Shown one piece after another: positions 1 to 8,431 of a stretch of 25,169 bases of DNA. The translations under genes were made by a program, and so were the position numbers. The stretch's first letter is position 1; each line of letters begins with the position of its first letter. Origin of the DNA: a virus (Duplodnaviria; Caudoviricetes); IMG/VR virus record IMGVR_UViG_3300030100_000052, positions 1 to 25,169 of that record. One strand, given 5' to 3'. Below the pieces are notes generated by a model. That model was not told the origin of the DNA, searched no databases, and saw only the letters and a list, made by a program, of their open reading frames with translations.

Positions 1-393
1 CAAGTCTTTGGTTTAAGTGGTGGTAAGTCTGTAAGAGACATGAACTGTGAAAGACTTAAACTTTCTAAGTATTTATACGATATGGGTATGAAAGTAGCTG
101 CAATATCTTTACTGGCACAAGATGAAAGAGTGTTTAAGGCCATGTGGCAAGCAGGCACACCTGCTCCATACGAAGGCAAAATAGGAGAAGAAGCAAAAAA
201 GTTATGGTTAGCTAATCCTTCCAAAAGACCTGACAAAGCAGATTTTGAAGCAGAGTTTATTGCAGAGTGCACACAAGAACGCAATCCAAAAAGAGATGAA
301 ATACAAAAAGACGTAGCAGGCATAGTAAGCAAAGTGGTTGTAAGTAAAAGAAAATCTAAAAGACAATGCAAAAAAGAATTATATGGGGGTTAA
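1..393 (+). CDS. Conserved marine-phage hypothetical protein, 5'-truncated
   Basis: The frame is open from base 1 (QVFGLSGGKSVRD-MNCERLKLSKYLYDMGMKVAA...), so ATG 40 is probably internal. The CERLKL...GMKVAA...QDERV...AGTP motif is recalled from marine phage proteins. The stop overlaps the next ORF. Confidence 0.7.
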   Translation, partial: QVFGLSGGKSVRDMNCERLKLSKYLYDMGMKVAAISLLAQDERVFKAMWQAGTPAPYEGKIGEEAKKLWLANPSKRPDKADFEAEFIAECTQERNPKRDEIQKDVAGIVSKVVVSKRKSKRQCKKELYGG

Positions 394-2606
394 TCCTTCT
401 ATCTTGTAATCTTCCAAGTCAATATATTTACGAAGCTAATCAAGATTTATTTCAGTTACAAAAAAATGCCAACAACTTTGAAGGAGAGTTAGCCTACTCA
501 GTTGGTGATGATCAATTATCTACTTCAATAGATTTAACTTTTAATTTCACTTTTTATGGTCAAACTTTTGATAAAGCAAGAATGGCTACCAATGGTTGTC
601 TGCATTTTGGTTTAGGCACAGGTAATATAAATTACAATGATTATTGTGGCGATTTTACGCCTGATCCTATAAGTTCTCAATATACCTATACTATGTTTCC
701 TTTTTGGACTGATCTAATTAGAGACAATAATTCCCGCATGAAATCTTGGGGAGATAGCACTAAGATGATATTTGGTTGGTATGACATGAGAGAATATAAT
801 CGTAATTCAGACAATAGTTTTGAAGTCATACTATATCCAAACAATTCATTTGAATATAGATATGATGAATTAGATATTATCAACCATGATGTAATTATTG
901 GTGAGGTGGGGGCTAACTCTACTCAAGTTTATCAATATTTATTTCACGATGAATGTAATACAGGCACCACTAATAGCAGTGCATGTGTAAATACTAATTG
1001 GAATAATACATCTTCAAATACTTTACTTGAGGGTGGCGGAAGTTTGTATGGTGTTGGTAGTGGTAATGGAGTTGATTGTTCCAATCCTTTAAATGATAGT
1101 AGCTGTTCAGGCTATGCAGATGCTTTTTTAACGCAACAATGTAATATAAGCCAGCTTTATAGTGAATCATGTCCTAGTTATTGGGCAGCTTATGATGACC
1201 AGCAATGTGACGAAGATCCTCAATATGCACCCTTTTGTCCAGGTTTTAGACAAGAGGAATCAGTAGCTTTCTTTGATAACAGGAATGTTGACTTTGGTTT
1301 TGAAGATGAGCAAGAACAATTTGCTACAGGTATATTTATAGATGATGGCCCGCATCACCATGAAGAAGAACTTTTTATTACTATAGATATTTTTGAAGAA
1401 GAGATGTTTCCGCCCTTTGAAGAATTTGGCCATGATGACTTTGAAGATTTTTTTGGTGAGCCTGAAGAAGATGAGTTTATTATTTTCTTTGAACCAGAAC
1501 CTTTACCATTTATAGATGATTTTAGACCAAGGCATGAAGATCCACTACACCAAGAAGATATATTGTTAGAACAGTTTGTCCTACAAGAAACTTTATTTGT
1601 AGAAGATTTTACAGAACCTGAAAATTTCTTAGCGATTAATACTATAGAAGAACTTGATGATTGGTTTGAAGAGGAAACTAGAGAGATAAGAGAAGAGATT
1701 AGAGAAGAAAGAATTGTTGAAAGAGATGAGCCTGAAGAAGAGTTTATAGAAGAGATATTTGAAGAAGAGGCGGTTGAAGAAGTTTTTGAAGAGTTAGAAG
1801 AAGTGTTTGAAGAGCTAGAACAAGAAAGATTGGCAGAAGTTGAGGAAGAACAGCAAGAAGAAATAATAGAAGAGCTAGAGGTTATTGAGAGTGATGAGCC
1901 TACAGGTAAAAACAAAAATAGGGTTGTTGCACTTAATGTCATAAAAAACGCCTTAAACGCAGCCTCAAGCAGCGTAAACTATGGTTCTACTACCAATCAA
2001 TCAAGTTCTAATACAAATGTCAGCTCTAGTGTTGCTAATCAAACATCTAGTTCTGGGTCTGGCGGGGGTATCAGCACATCTAGTTCGCCTAGTATTTCAG
2101 ATCAATACGCTAGTGCTACAGCCCAAAATAATCAGGTTTTATCTATGAGTGGAGATGTGGGCGGATCTGTAACGGTTAGTATCACTCCTATGAATACTGT
2201 TGATGGCGGCACAGAAGTAGTAATGGCTGATGTGCAAGTGCAAAATGTCCAAGGTGAAATAGATACTGCCATTGGTGGCGTGATGACCCAATCAGAGGCA
2301 GATCAAATAGCAGACAAGATAATTGCTCAAAATATAGAAGCCCAACAAGAAGAAATGCAAGAGGAACAACAAGCCACAGGTGAGTATAGTGACGAGTCCG
2401 GGCTAGTTGCTTTGATAGGATATGTGCCACAATTCAACTCATATACGCAAACTACAATTCCAGATAGCACTAGTTGGTATACTTCTCAAGATATATACAC
2501 CTCTGCTACACTTGATGACAACATAAACGCTTTTTATAATTATGCGAGCACAAATATAAATAATTTACAAAGCATGATGCAAAATCAACCTGAGATATGG
2601 AGGTAA
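366..2606 (+). CDS. Large exported protein: signal peptide, nidogen/NIDO-like domain, Cys-rich repeats, very acidic tract, Ser-rich linker
   Basis: 746 aa ORF with an N-terminal MQKRIIWGLILLSC signal. FNFTFYGQTF...ATNG and FPFWTDL...NSFEVILY resemble NIDO-type domains. An E/D/F-rich middle and an S/N-rich segment follow. Confidence 0.7.
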   Translation: MQKRIIWGLILLSCNLPSQYIYEANQDLFQLQKNANNFEGELAYSVGDDQLSTSIDLTFNFTFYGQTFDKARMATNGCLHFGLGTGNINYNDYCGDFTPDPISSQYTYTMFPFWTDLIRDNNSRMKSWGDSTKMIFGWYDMREYNRNSDNSFEVILYPNNSFEYRYDELDIINHDVIIGEVGANSTQVYQYLFHDECNTGTTNSSACVNTNWNNTSSNTLLEGGGSLYGVGSGNGVDCSNPLNDSSCSGYADAFLTQQCNISQLYSESCPSYWAAYDDQQCDEDPQYAPFCPGFRQEESVAFFDNRNVDFGFEDEQEQFATGIFIDDGPHHHEEELFITIDIFEEEMFPPFEEFGHDDFEDFFGEPEEDEFIIFFEPEPLPFIDDFRPRHEDPLHQEDILLEQFVLQETLFVEDFTEPENFLAINTIEELDDWFEEETREIREEIREERIVERDEPEEEFIEEIFEEEAVEEVFEELEEVFEELEQERLAEVEEEQQEEIIEELEVIESDEPTGKNKNRVVALNVIKNALNAASSSVNYGSTTNQSSSNTNVSSSVANQTSSSGSGGGISTSSSPSISDQYASATAQNNQVLSMSGDVGGSVTVSITPMNTVDGGTEVVMADVQVQNVQGEIDTAIGGVMTQSEADQIADKIIAQNIEAQQEEMQEEQQATGEYSDESGLVALIGYVPQFNSYTQTTIPDSTSWYTSQDIYTSATLDDNINAFYNYASTNINNLQSMMQNQPEIWR

Positions 2607-2607
2607 T

Positions 2608-2955
2608 ATGGACTGGTTACAAAATAAAACAACACAAATAATTGCACTTGTTGGCATAGTAGGAACTCTTGCTGGGTTTGGCTACACTGGTGCTGAATAT
2701 GTTAATAGGCTAGAAAACCTTGAGGCAAAAATTGGCGGTATAAGCGAAGCAGAAGATAATGTGCAAGTTATTGAAGAAAGGTTTGCATCTATAGAGACAT
2801 CAGTACAGTTTTTAGAAAAAGAAATAGATGGTATAGACGTGCCTGATGTTACAGAAATAAAAACAGATATAGCCACCATCAAAGCTGATTTAGAAAGCTT
2901 AGATAAACAAATAGAAGAAATTAAAGATGACAACAAGAATCCTTTGGCTGGTTAG
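2608..2955 (+). CDS. Single-TM coiled-coil membrane protein (i-spanin-like topology)
   Basis: SD GGAGG lies just upstream. The hydrophobic IIALVGIVGTLAGFGY segment is followed by heptad-rich acidic helices. Confidence 0.7.
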   Translation: MDWLQNKTTQIIALVGIVGTLAGFGYTGAEYVNRLENLEAKIGGISEAEDNVQVIEERFASIETSVQFLEKEIDGIDVPDVTEIKTDIATIKADLESLDKQIEEIKDDNKNPLAG

Positions 2956-3130
2956 TATATTTTTAATTGGTTGTTCTACACCATCTAACTACATACCTAT
3001 AGCAGAAAACTCTAACTTAGAGTGGAACGATAGGTTTGACTCTGATAAATGGCGAGAAAAATATAAAAAATGTGAGGCATTTTTATATCACGATCATGAT
3101 GCTTGGAATTGGTGTATGGATAATGAGTAA
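2927..3130 (+). CDS. Small lipoprotein
   Basis: MTTRILWLVSIFLIG-C has a lipobox LIGC. The ORF overlaps the upstream gene by 29 nt in another frame. Confidence 0.7.
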   Translation: MTTRILWLVSIFLIGCSTPSNYIPIAENSNLEWNDRFDSDKWREKYKKCEAFLYHDHDAWNWCMDNE

Positions 3131-3518
3131 AGTTTTATTAGGTATAGTTTTAGTTTTGCTTGCAGTTTCTTATTACTTATACAGTCAAAACCAAATACTC
3201 CAAACTAATAACGCAGTTTTAGAAGGTGCAGTAGCTAACCAAGAAGAAGCCATCAAATCATTACAACAAGACTTTGAATTGCAAACTCAACAACTTCAAG
3301 ACTTAAGTATTAAAAGTCAAATAGCTCAAAGAGAATTAAATAGATACACACAGTTTATACAGAACTATGAGTTGGCCTCAAAGATATTGGCTGACCCAGT
3401 TGAAATGGAAAGGAAAATAAATAATGGAACAAAACACATTATGGAAGATATTGAGAAAATCAGCACCACTGTTGATAGTCTTGATAATGGCTTGCAGTTG
3501 CAGCCTGTTGCCAACTAA
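3123..3518 (+). CDS. Putative i-spanin (Rz-like)
   Basis: The likely start is ATG 3123 (MSKVLLGIVLVLLAVSYYLY). One N-terminal TM helix precedes a long coiled coil. The 3' end overlaps a lipoprotein gene, and an endolysin is nearby. Confidence 0.7.
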   Translation: MSKVLLGIVLVLLAVSYYLYSQNQILQTNNAVLEGAVANQEEAIKSLQQDFELQTQQLQDLSIKSQIAQRELNRYTQFIQNYELASKILADPVEMERKINNGTKHIMEDIEKISTTVDSLDNGLQLQPVAN

Positions 3519-3807
3519 ACAAATACAAGTCTCTGCAAAACCCATTGAAAGACAGATAGTTCAACCTATCATGCCTAGAGAAATAGATTTGAAACAATTG
3601 CAGTGGATTGCAGTAACGCCTGAAAACTGGGAAGAACAGCTTGCAAGAATAGAAAAACAAGAAGGCGAGCTAGTGTTTCTAGCTATGACAATTCCTGATT
3701 ACGAAGTTATGGCTTACAATATGCAAGAAATAAAAAGATATATTACAGAACTTAAAGATGTGGTTGTGTATTATAGAAAGGTAACTACTAACAAAGATGA
3801 GCAGTAA
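3424..3807 (+). CDS. Putative o-spanin (Rz1-like lipoprotein)
   Basis: The hydrophobic LLIVLIMACSC lipobox region is followed by a Pro-containing segment. It overlaps the i-spanin 3' end by 95 nt, the classic overlapped spanin arrangement. Confidence 0.7.
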   Translation: MEQNTLWKILRKSAPLLIVLIMACSCSLLPTKQIQVSAKPIERQIVQPIMPREIDLKQLQWIAVTPENWEEQLARIEKQEGELVFLAMTIPDYEVMAYNMQEIKRYITELKDVVVYYRKVTTNKDEQ

Positions 3808-4177
3808 ACCAGAACCATATGTATACAACGCAACCATTGAGAGAGTGGTTGATGGCGATACTATTGATGTCACCCTTGACTTAGGATTTGATGTCCGTCT
3901 GCATAAACAACGCTGCAGGTTGGCAGGCATAGACACGCCTGAGTCAAGGACTCGAGACTTAGCAGAAAAAAAACTTGGTCTAGCGGCCAAAGATAGATTA
4001 ATAGAGTTATGCACAGGATCTATAAGTATAAAATCATTTGGCAAAGGTAAGTATGGCAGAATACTTGCTATACCTTATACAGAAGATGGCGAAGATATTT
4101 GTCAACTTCTTATCAAAGAAGGCCATGCAGTTGAATATGACGGTGGCAAAAAAACCAAAGTCTGGGGGGACTATTAA
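3797..4177 (+). CDS. Thermonuclease (SNase/TNase family) nuclease
   Basis: Motifs RVVDGDTID, RLAGIDTPE and KYGRILA. Confidence 0.9.
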   Translation: MSSKPEPYVYNATIERVVDGDTIDVTLDLGFDVRLHKQRCRLAGIDTPESRTRDLAEKKLGLAAKDRLIELCTGSISIKSFGKGKYGRILAIPYTEDGEDICQLLIKEGHAVEYDGGKKTKVWGDY

Positions 4178-4178
4178 T

Positions 4179-4622
4179 ATGATTATATCAGAAGAAGGAA
4201 TTTCATTAGTTAAAAAATTTGAAGGTTGCAAACTTGAGGCTTATAAATGTGCCGCAGGTGTTTGGACATGTGGTTGGGGATCAACTCGTGGAGTTAGAGA
4301 AGGCGATGTGTGGTCACAAGAAAAAGCAGACATTATGTTAATTGATGAGTTACATGAGTATGGAAATTATGTAAATGATATGGTTACAATGCCATTGCAT
4401 CAAAATCAATTTGATTCTTTAACATCATGGTGTTTCAATTTAGGCCCCACAAATTTAGCTGAAAGTTCATTATTGCGTGTCCTAAATGAAGGCTCGTACG
4501 AAGAAGTTCCGTATCAAATAAAACGATGGAATAAAGTAAGTGGTGTTGTAAATGATGGATTGGTTCGCAGACGAGAAGCAGAGGCTTTATTATTTGAAGG
4601 TAAAGATTGGACAGAGGTTTAG
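4179..4622 (+). CDS. Endolysin, phage lysozyme (GH24)
   Basis: The likely start is ATG 4179, 1 nt after the nuclease stop. It has KFEG, an E-x8-C-x5-T catalytic triad (E15/C24/T30), QNQFDSLTSWCFNLG and GLVRRREAE. Confidence 0.93.
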   Translation: MIISEEGISLVKKFEGCKLEAYKCAAGVWTCGWGSTRGVREGDVWSQEKADIMLIDELHEYGNYVNDMVTMPLHQNQFDSLTSWCFNLGPTNLAESSLLRVLNEGSYEEVPYQIKRWNKVSGVVNDGLVRRREAEALLFEGKDWTEV

Positions 4623-6506
4623 ATGCCATTAAATAAATTTACATTTAACCCCGGCATAAATAAGGAAATGACTGACCTTATGAGTAAAGGTGGTTGGACA
4701 GATGGTAATTTAGTTAGATTTAGAAAAGGACTACCAGAAAAAATAGGTGGATGGGCAAAGAACACTGTCAATACTTTTTTAGGCGCATGTCGCGCGTTGA
4801 TAGGTTGGGTATCTCTTGATGCAACAAAATACCTAGGTCTAGGAACAAACTTAAAATATTATGTAAAAGAAGGTAATAGTTTCAATGATGTAACCCCAAT
4901 TAGATCTACAACAGCAGCAGGAGACGTAACTTTTTCTGCAACCAATGGGTCTTCAACAGTCACGGTTGCAGACACTGCTCATGGTGCAGTAGCAAATGAT
5001 TTTGTTACTTTCTCTGGTGCTTCTTCTTTAGGCGGTAATATCAACTCAAATGTTCTCAATCAAGAATATCAGATAGCAACTATAGTCAATGCAAACTCTT
5101 ATACCATAGAAGCAAAAAATACTAGCGGGGTTACAGTTACTGCTAATGCAAGTGATAGCGGTAATGGAGGCAGTTCAGTTGTAGGTGCTTATCAGATTAA
5201 TACTGGACTTAATGTTTATTTACCATCAACAGGTTGGGGAGTCAGCACCTGGGGAGATGGCACTTGGGGATCAGCGGCAGCTGTGAGTTTTGCTAATCAA
5301 CTAAGACTGTGGTCGCATGATTCGTTTGGTGAAGACTTGGTTATTAATCCAAGAGCTGGTGGTATTTTCTTTTGGGACGAATCATCAGGAGTTAATAATA
5401 GAGCAGTTAATATAACATCATTATCTGGTGCTAATTTAGCTCCTACAGTTGGATTACAAACCATTGTTAGTGATATTGATAGGCATGTAATAGTTTTAGG
5501 TGCTGATCCAATAGTTGGTAGTGCTAGAAGTGGTTCATCTGATCCTCTATTAATAGCATTTAGCGACCAAGAAAGTGTTACAGTTTGGGAGCCAACAGCT
5601 ACAAATACAGCAGGTGATATAAGATTATCTTCAGGTTCACAGATAGTTGGCGGCCTAAGAGCAAGACAAGAAATACTTATTTGGACAGATACATCTTTAT
5701 ATTCCATGCAGTTTGTAGGTGCACCTTTTACCTTTGGTGTTAACCTCATCAACGAAAATGTAGGCATGATATCGCCAAATGGTGCTGTGAACGCACCAGA
5801 TGGCGTGTATTGGATGGCAAGAGATGGTTTCTACAAATACACTGGCTCAGTGCAAAGAGTGCCTTGTAGTGTCTTAAATTACGTTTTAGACGATTTAAAC
5901 AATACTCAGTCATTTAAAATATTTGCTTTTAGCAATAAAGAGTTTAATGAAATAGGTTGGTTTTATGCATCTAGTAGTAGTGATGACATTGATAGATATG
6001 TTAATTACAACTATCTAGAAGGAGTTTGGAGTATAGGCCAGTTGTCTAGAACAGCTTGGCTTGATGAAGGAATATTTGCAAATCCTTTAGCTACTGAAGG
6101 ATCTAGCAACAGTAGTGTTTTATATAATCATGAAAGTGGAGATGACGATGATGGTTCTCCAATGGATAATGTATTTATAGAATCTGGTGATATAGATATA
6201 GAACAAGGAGAACAATTTGGATTTGTAAGCAGAATTATTCCTGATGTTAAATTTTTTGGCGACACTCCAACAACAGGTCAAATAAATTTTGTAGTTAAAA
6301 CTAGAAACTTTCCCGGAGAAAATTTAACTACTAATTCAACTAATAATGTAACTAGTTCAACTAAACAAAACTTTATTCGTGCAAGAGGTAGGCAAATGGT
6401 ATTTCGAGTGCAATCAGATGACGATGCTGATACAGGCGTAAGACTGGGTTTTAAATGGAGATTAGGAATAAATAGATTTGATATCAAAACTGATGGTAGA
6501 AGATAG
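4623..6506 (+). CDS. Tail hub / DNA-stabilisation protein (P22 gp10 / T7 gp12-like beta-propeller) with an inserted beta-rich domain
   Basis: 627 aa with N-terminal PGI...GGW..GNLVRF, LIAFSDQE..W and ILIWTDTSLYSM propeller motifs. It sits just ahead of the internal virion genes. Confidence 0.7.
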   Translation: MPLNKFTFNPGINKEMTDLMSKGGWTDGNLVRFRKGLPEKIGGWAKNTVNTFLGACRALIGWVSLDATKYLGLGTNLKYYVKEGNSFNDVTPIRSTTAAGDVTFSATNGSSTVTVADTAHGAVANDFVTFSGASSLGGNINSNVLNQEYQIATIVNANSYTIEAKNTSGVTVTANASDSGNGGSSVVGAYQINTGLNVYLPSTGWGVSTWGDGTWGSAAAVSFANQLRLWSHDSFGEDLVINPRAGGIFFWDESSGVNNRAVNITSLSGANLAPTVGLQTIVSDIDRHVIVLGADPIVGSARSGSSDPLLIAFSDQESVTVWEPTATNTAGDIRLSSGSQIVGGLRARQEILIWTDTSLYSMQFVGAPFTFGVNLINENVGMISPNGAVNAPDGVYWMARDGFYKYTGSVQRVPCSVLNYVLDDLNNTQSFKIFAFSNKEFNEIGWFYASSSSDDIDRYVNYNYLEGVWSIGQLSRTAWLDEGIFANPLATEGSSNSSVLYNHESGDDDDGSPMDNVFIESGDIDIEQGEQFGFVSRIIPDVKFFGDTPTTGQINFVVKTRNFPGENLTTNSTNNVTSSTKQNFIRARGRQMVFRVQSDDDADTGVRLGFKWRLGINRFDIKTDGRR

Positions 6507-6833
6507 ATGGCAAAGCTTCTTGACACTAGATTACCATTAGCTGTAAATGATGTTGATGTTTCAGTATTTAATCGTTTAGTTAGAATATTAGAATTAAATT
6601 TAGATAAATTTGATCCTAATGGCACGCCTCAGTTTACTGATGCACAAATAGGCATACTAAATTTTAATGCCGGAGATGTTATTTGGAATACATCTATTGG
6701 CGTATTACAAGTCTATACTGGCAACAAGTGGGTAGATCTACACACGCCTGTAGATCCACATGGGTTTGAAGCTAGCGCAGAAATTGGTAATATAAGTATT
6801 AAAACAAATGGTGATATCACCTTAACATTATAA
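6507..6833 (+). CDS. Small virion structural protein (tail-associated)
   Basis: Starts immediately after the tail-hub stop. The GDVIWNTSIGVLQVYTGNKW motif is typical of phage tail proteins. Confidence 0.55.
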   Translation: MAKLLDTRLPLAVNDVDVSVFNRLVRILELNLDKFDPNGTPQFTDAQIGILNFNAGDVIWNTSIGVLQVYTGNKWVDLHTPVDPHGFEASAEIGNISIKTNGDITLTL

Positions 6834-6846
6834 TCAGGAGCAAAAT

Positions 6847-7020
6847 ATGCCTGCAAAAAGAAAAACTACAAAGAAAAAAAAGGGAGCCACACCTACTAAT
6901 CCAGCTTTATATGCTAGGGTAAAAGCTGAAGCTAAACGAAAGTTTAAGGTGTACCCAAGTGCGTACGCTAATGGCTGGTTAGTAAGAACCTATAAAAAAA
7001 GAGGTGGAGGCTATAGATAA
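6847..7020 (+). CDS. 57-aa basic protein (not in the ORF track), resembling the N-terminal half of viral DUF5872-like proteins
   Basis: SD AGGAG upstream. It translates as MPAKRKTTKKKKGATPTNPALYARVKAEAKRKFKVYPSAYANGWLVRTYKKRGGGYR and fills the gap between its neighbours. Confidence 0.8.
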   Translation: MPAKRKTTKKKKGATPTNPALYARVKAEAKRKFKVYPSAYANGWLVRTYKKRGGGYR

Positions 7021-7022
7021 AA

Positions 7023-7319
7023 GTGCAAAGAAAAAGAAAAGATCCAAAGGTTGGAACAGGCAAAAAACCTAAAGGGTCTGGTCGCAGACTTTACACAGAT
7101 GAAAACCCAAAAGACACTGTTAAAATAAAATTTGCAACACCTGCTGATGCTAGAGCTACAGTTGCTAAAGTTAAAAAAATTAAAAAACCTTTTGCAAGAA
7201 AGATACAAATCTTAACTGTAGGAGAGCAAAGAGCTAAAGTAATGGGTAAAACACAAGTAGTGTCTATATTTAAGAAAGGCAAAGATAGCATTAGAAACAT
7301 GAGAAAAAAACGTGGCTAA
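7023..7319 (+). CDS. Highly basic hypothetical protein (LYTDENPKDT motif)
   Basis: GTG start 2 nt after the upstream stop, SD GGAGG, K/R-rich 98 aa. Confidence 0.7.
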   Translation: MQRKRKDPKVGTGKKPKGSGRRLYTDENPKDTVKIKFATPADARATVAKVKKIKKPFARKIQILTVGEQRAKVMGKTQVVSIFKKGKDSIRNMRKKRG

Positions 7320-7668
7320 ACCAACTGGAGGCTTAACTGAGTGGTTTGGTAAAGGACCAAAGGGAGATTGGGTAGACATAGGTGCGCCTAAAAAGAAAGG
7401 TAAGTTTCAAGCTTGTGGTCGTAAATCTGCTAAAAAGAAAGGTAAACGTAAATACCCTAAGTGTGTGCCAAGAGCTAAAGCTAAAGCTATGACAGAATCT
7501 CAAAGGCGTAGTGCAGTTAGAAGAAAAAGAGCTGCAGGTAATCCCGGTGGTAAACCAACTAATGTTAAGACTATATTAAAAAAGAAAGATGGTGGTATAG
7601 TATCTCGTATGCATAAAGGTTGTGGTGCAGTTATGTCAGACAGAAGAAAGAGAACTAAGTTTTCATAA
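7312..7668 (+). CDS. Highly basic protein resembling the C-terminal half of DUF5872-like proteins
   Basis: Motifs GGLTEWF..., CGRKS and YPKCVP. It is K/R-rich and its start overlaps the upstream stop. Confidence 0.7.
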   Translation: MAKPTGGLTEWFGKGPKGDWVDIGAPKKKGKFQACGRKSAKKKGKRKYPKCVPRAKAKAMTESQRRSAVRRKRAAGNPGGKPTNVKTILKKKDGGIVSRMHKGCGAVMSDRRKRTKFS

Positions 7669-7696
7669 ATAAAATATTAGCTATAATGAAAAGAAA

Positions 7697-8431
7697 ATGA
7701 AAAGTTTAGAAACAGCAAACAAAGGTCTTAAAGCTTTAGCTAAAAAGAATCCTTCTTTGGTTGAAGACAAATTTGGCTATGATGTTCCAGGTTATCAATT
7801 AGGTGGCATAGCAGGAATTGATATTCAAAATATTTCAAGATATTTTAAAGATGTATTAGGAATAGATACTGAAAATGTTACTGAAGAAGATATGGCCACC
7901 GCTATTGCTAGAGCATATGGCGCACCTTCAAAAGGTATAGGTTCTTACGCTAGATCAATGGGATATCAAAATACAACTCCCGGTGCTCCAATAAGTATTG
8001 ACGCTCAAGACAAAACACCAGATGCATATAGATTCTATCCAAGTGAAGTATCTAAAATTTATGCACAAGCTAAAGGCGTACCTTTTTCTCCATTAATAGC
8101 ACCTCCAAGAGAAGCTACTTTTGTAGATGACATTCAGCCTAGACGTATAGCCAGTCAACTCTATGCTAAAGATGGAACTTATGTTGAAGCAAAAGTTGAA
8201 GACTTTCCTGAAAGAGATGAATTAATCACAGGCCCTGGTGGTGAAAGAGGCGATAAAATACCAGCCATGTTAAGTGATGGTGAGTTTGTAACTAACTCAG
8301 CAGCAGTTAGAGGTATTGGTATTGCAGCTGGAGCAGATCCTAATGACGAATACGAACAAAGATTATTAGGTGCTCGTGAAATGTACAAGATGCAAAAATT
8401 TGGAGAAGAAATAGCCAAAAAACTTGTATGA
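7697..8431 (+). CDS. Putative internal virion protein
   Basis: GPGGERGDKIPAMLSDGEFVTNSAAV matches a motif (GPG..SDSIPAMLS.GEFV) common in phage tape-measure and internal proteins. Confidence 0.6.
   Translation: MKSLETANKGLKALAKKNPSLVEDKFGYDVPGYQLGGIAGIDIQNISRYFKDVLGIDTENVTEEDMATAIARAYGAPSKGIGSYARSMGYQNTTPGAPISIDAQDKTPDAYRFYPSEVSKIYAQAKGVPFSPLIAPPREATFVDDIQPRRIASQLYAKDGTYVEAKVEDFPERDELITGPGGERGDKIPAMLSDGEFVTNSAAVRGIGIAAGADPNDEYEQRLLGAREMYKMQKFGEEIAKKLV

Noticed and set aside
1355-1942. 195-aa Ser-rich antisense ORF
   Set aside because: It is the shadow of GAA/GAG-rich Glu codons on the + strand. The same applies to the other antisense ORFs inside real genes (for example 5297-5767, 10608-10994, 18129-18451).
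3036-3122. Second TM segment at the start of the i-spanin ORF
   Set aside because: It overlaps the lipoprotein gene. ATG 3123, coupled to the upstream stop, is the more plausible start.
4038-4178. N-terminal extension or SAR domain on the endolysin
   Set aside because: It overlaps the nuclease gene. ATG 4179 gives a normal-sized GH24 enzyme with the catalytic Glu at position 15.
7669-7696. Internal promoter (TATAAT at 7682-7687)
   Set aside because: There is no convincing -35 or extended -10, and the gap is AT-rich. Possible but unsupported.
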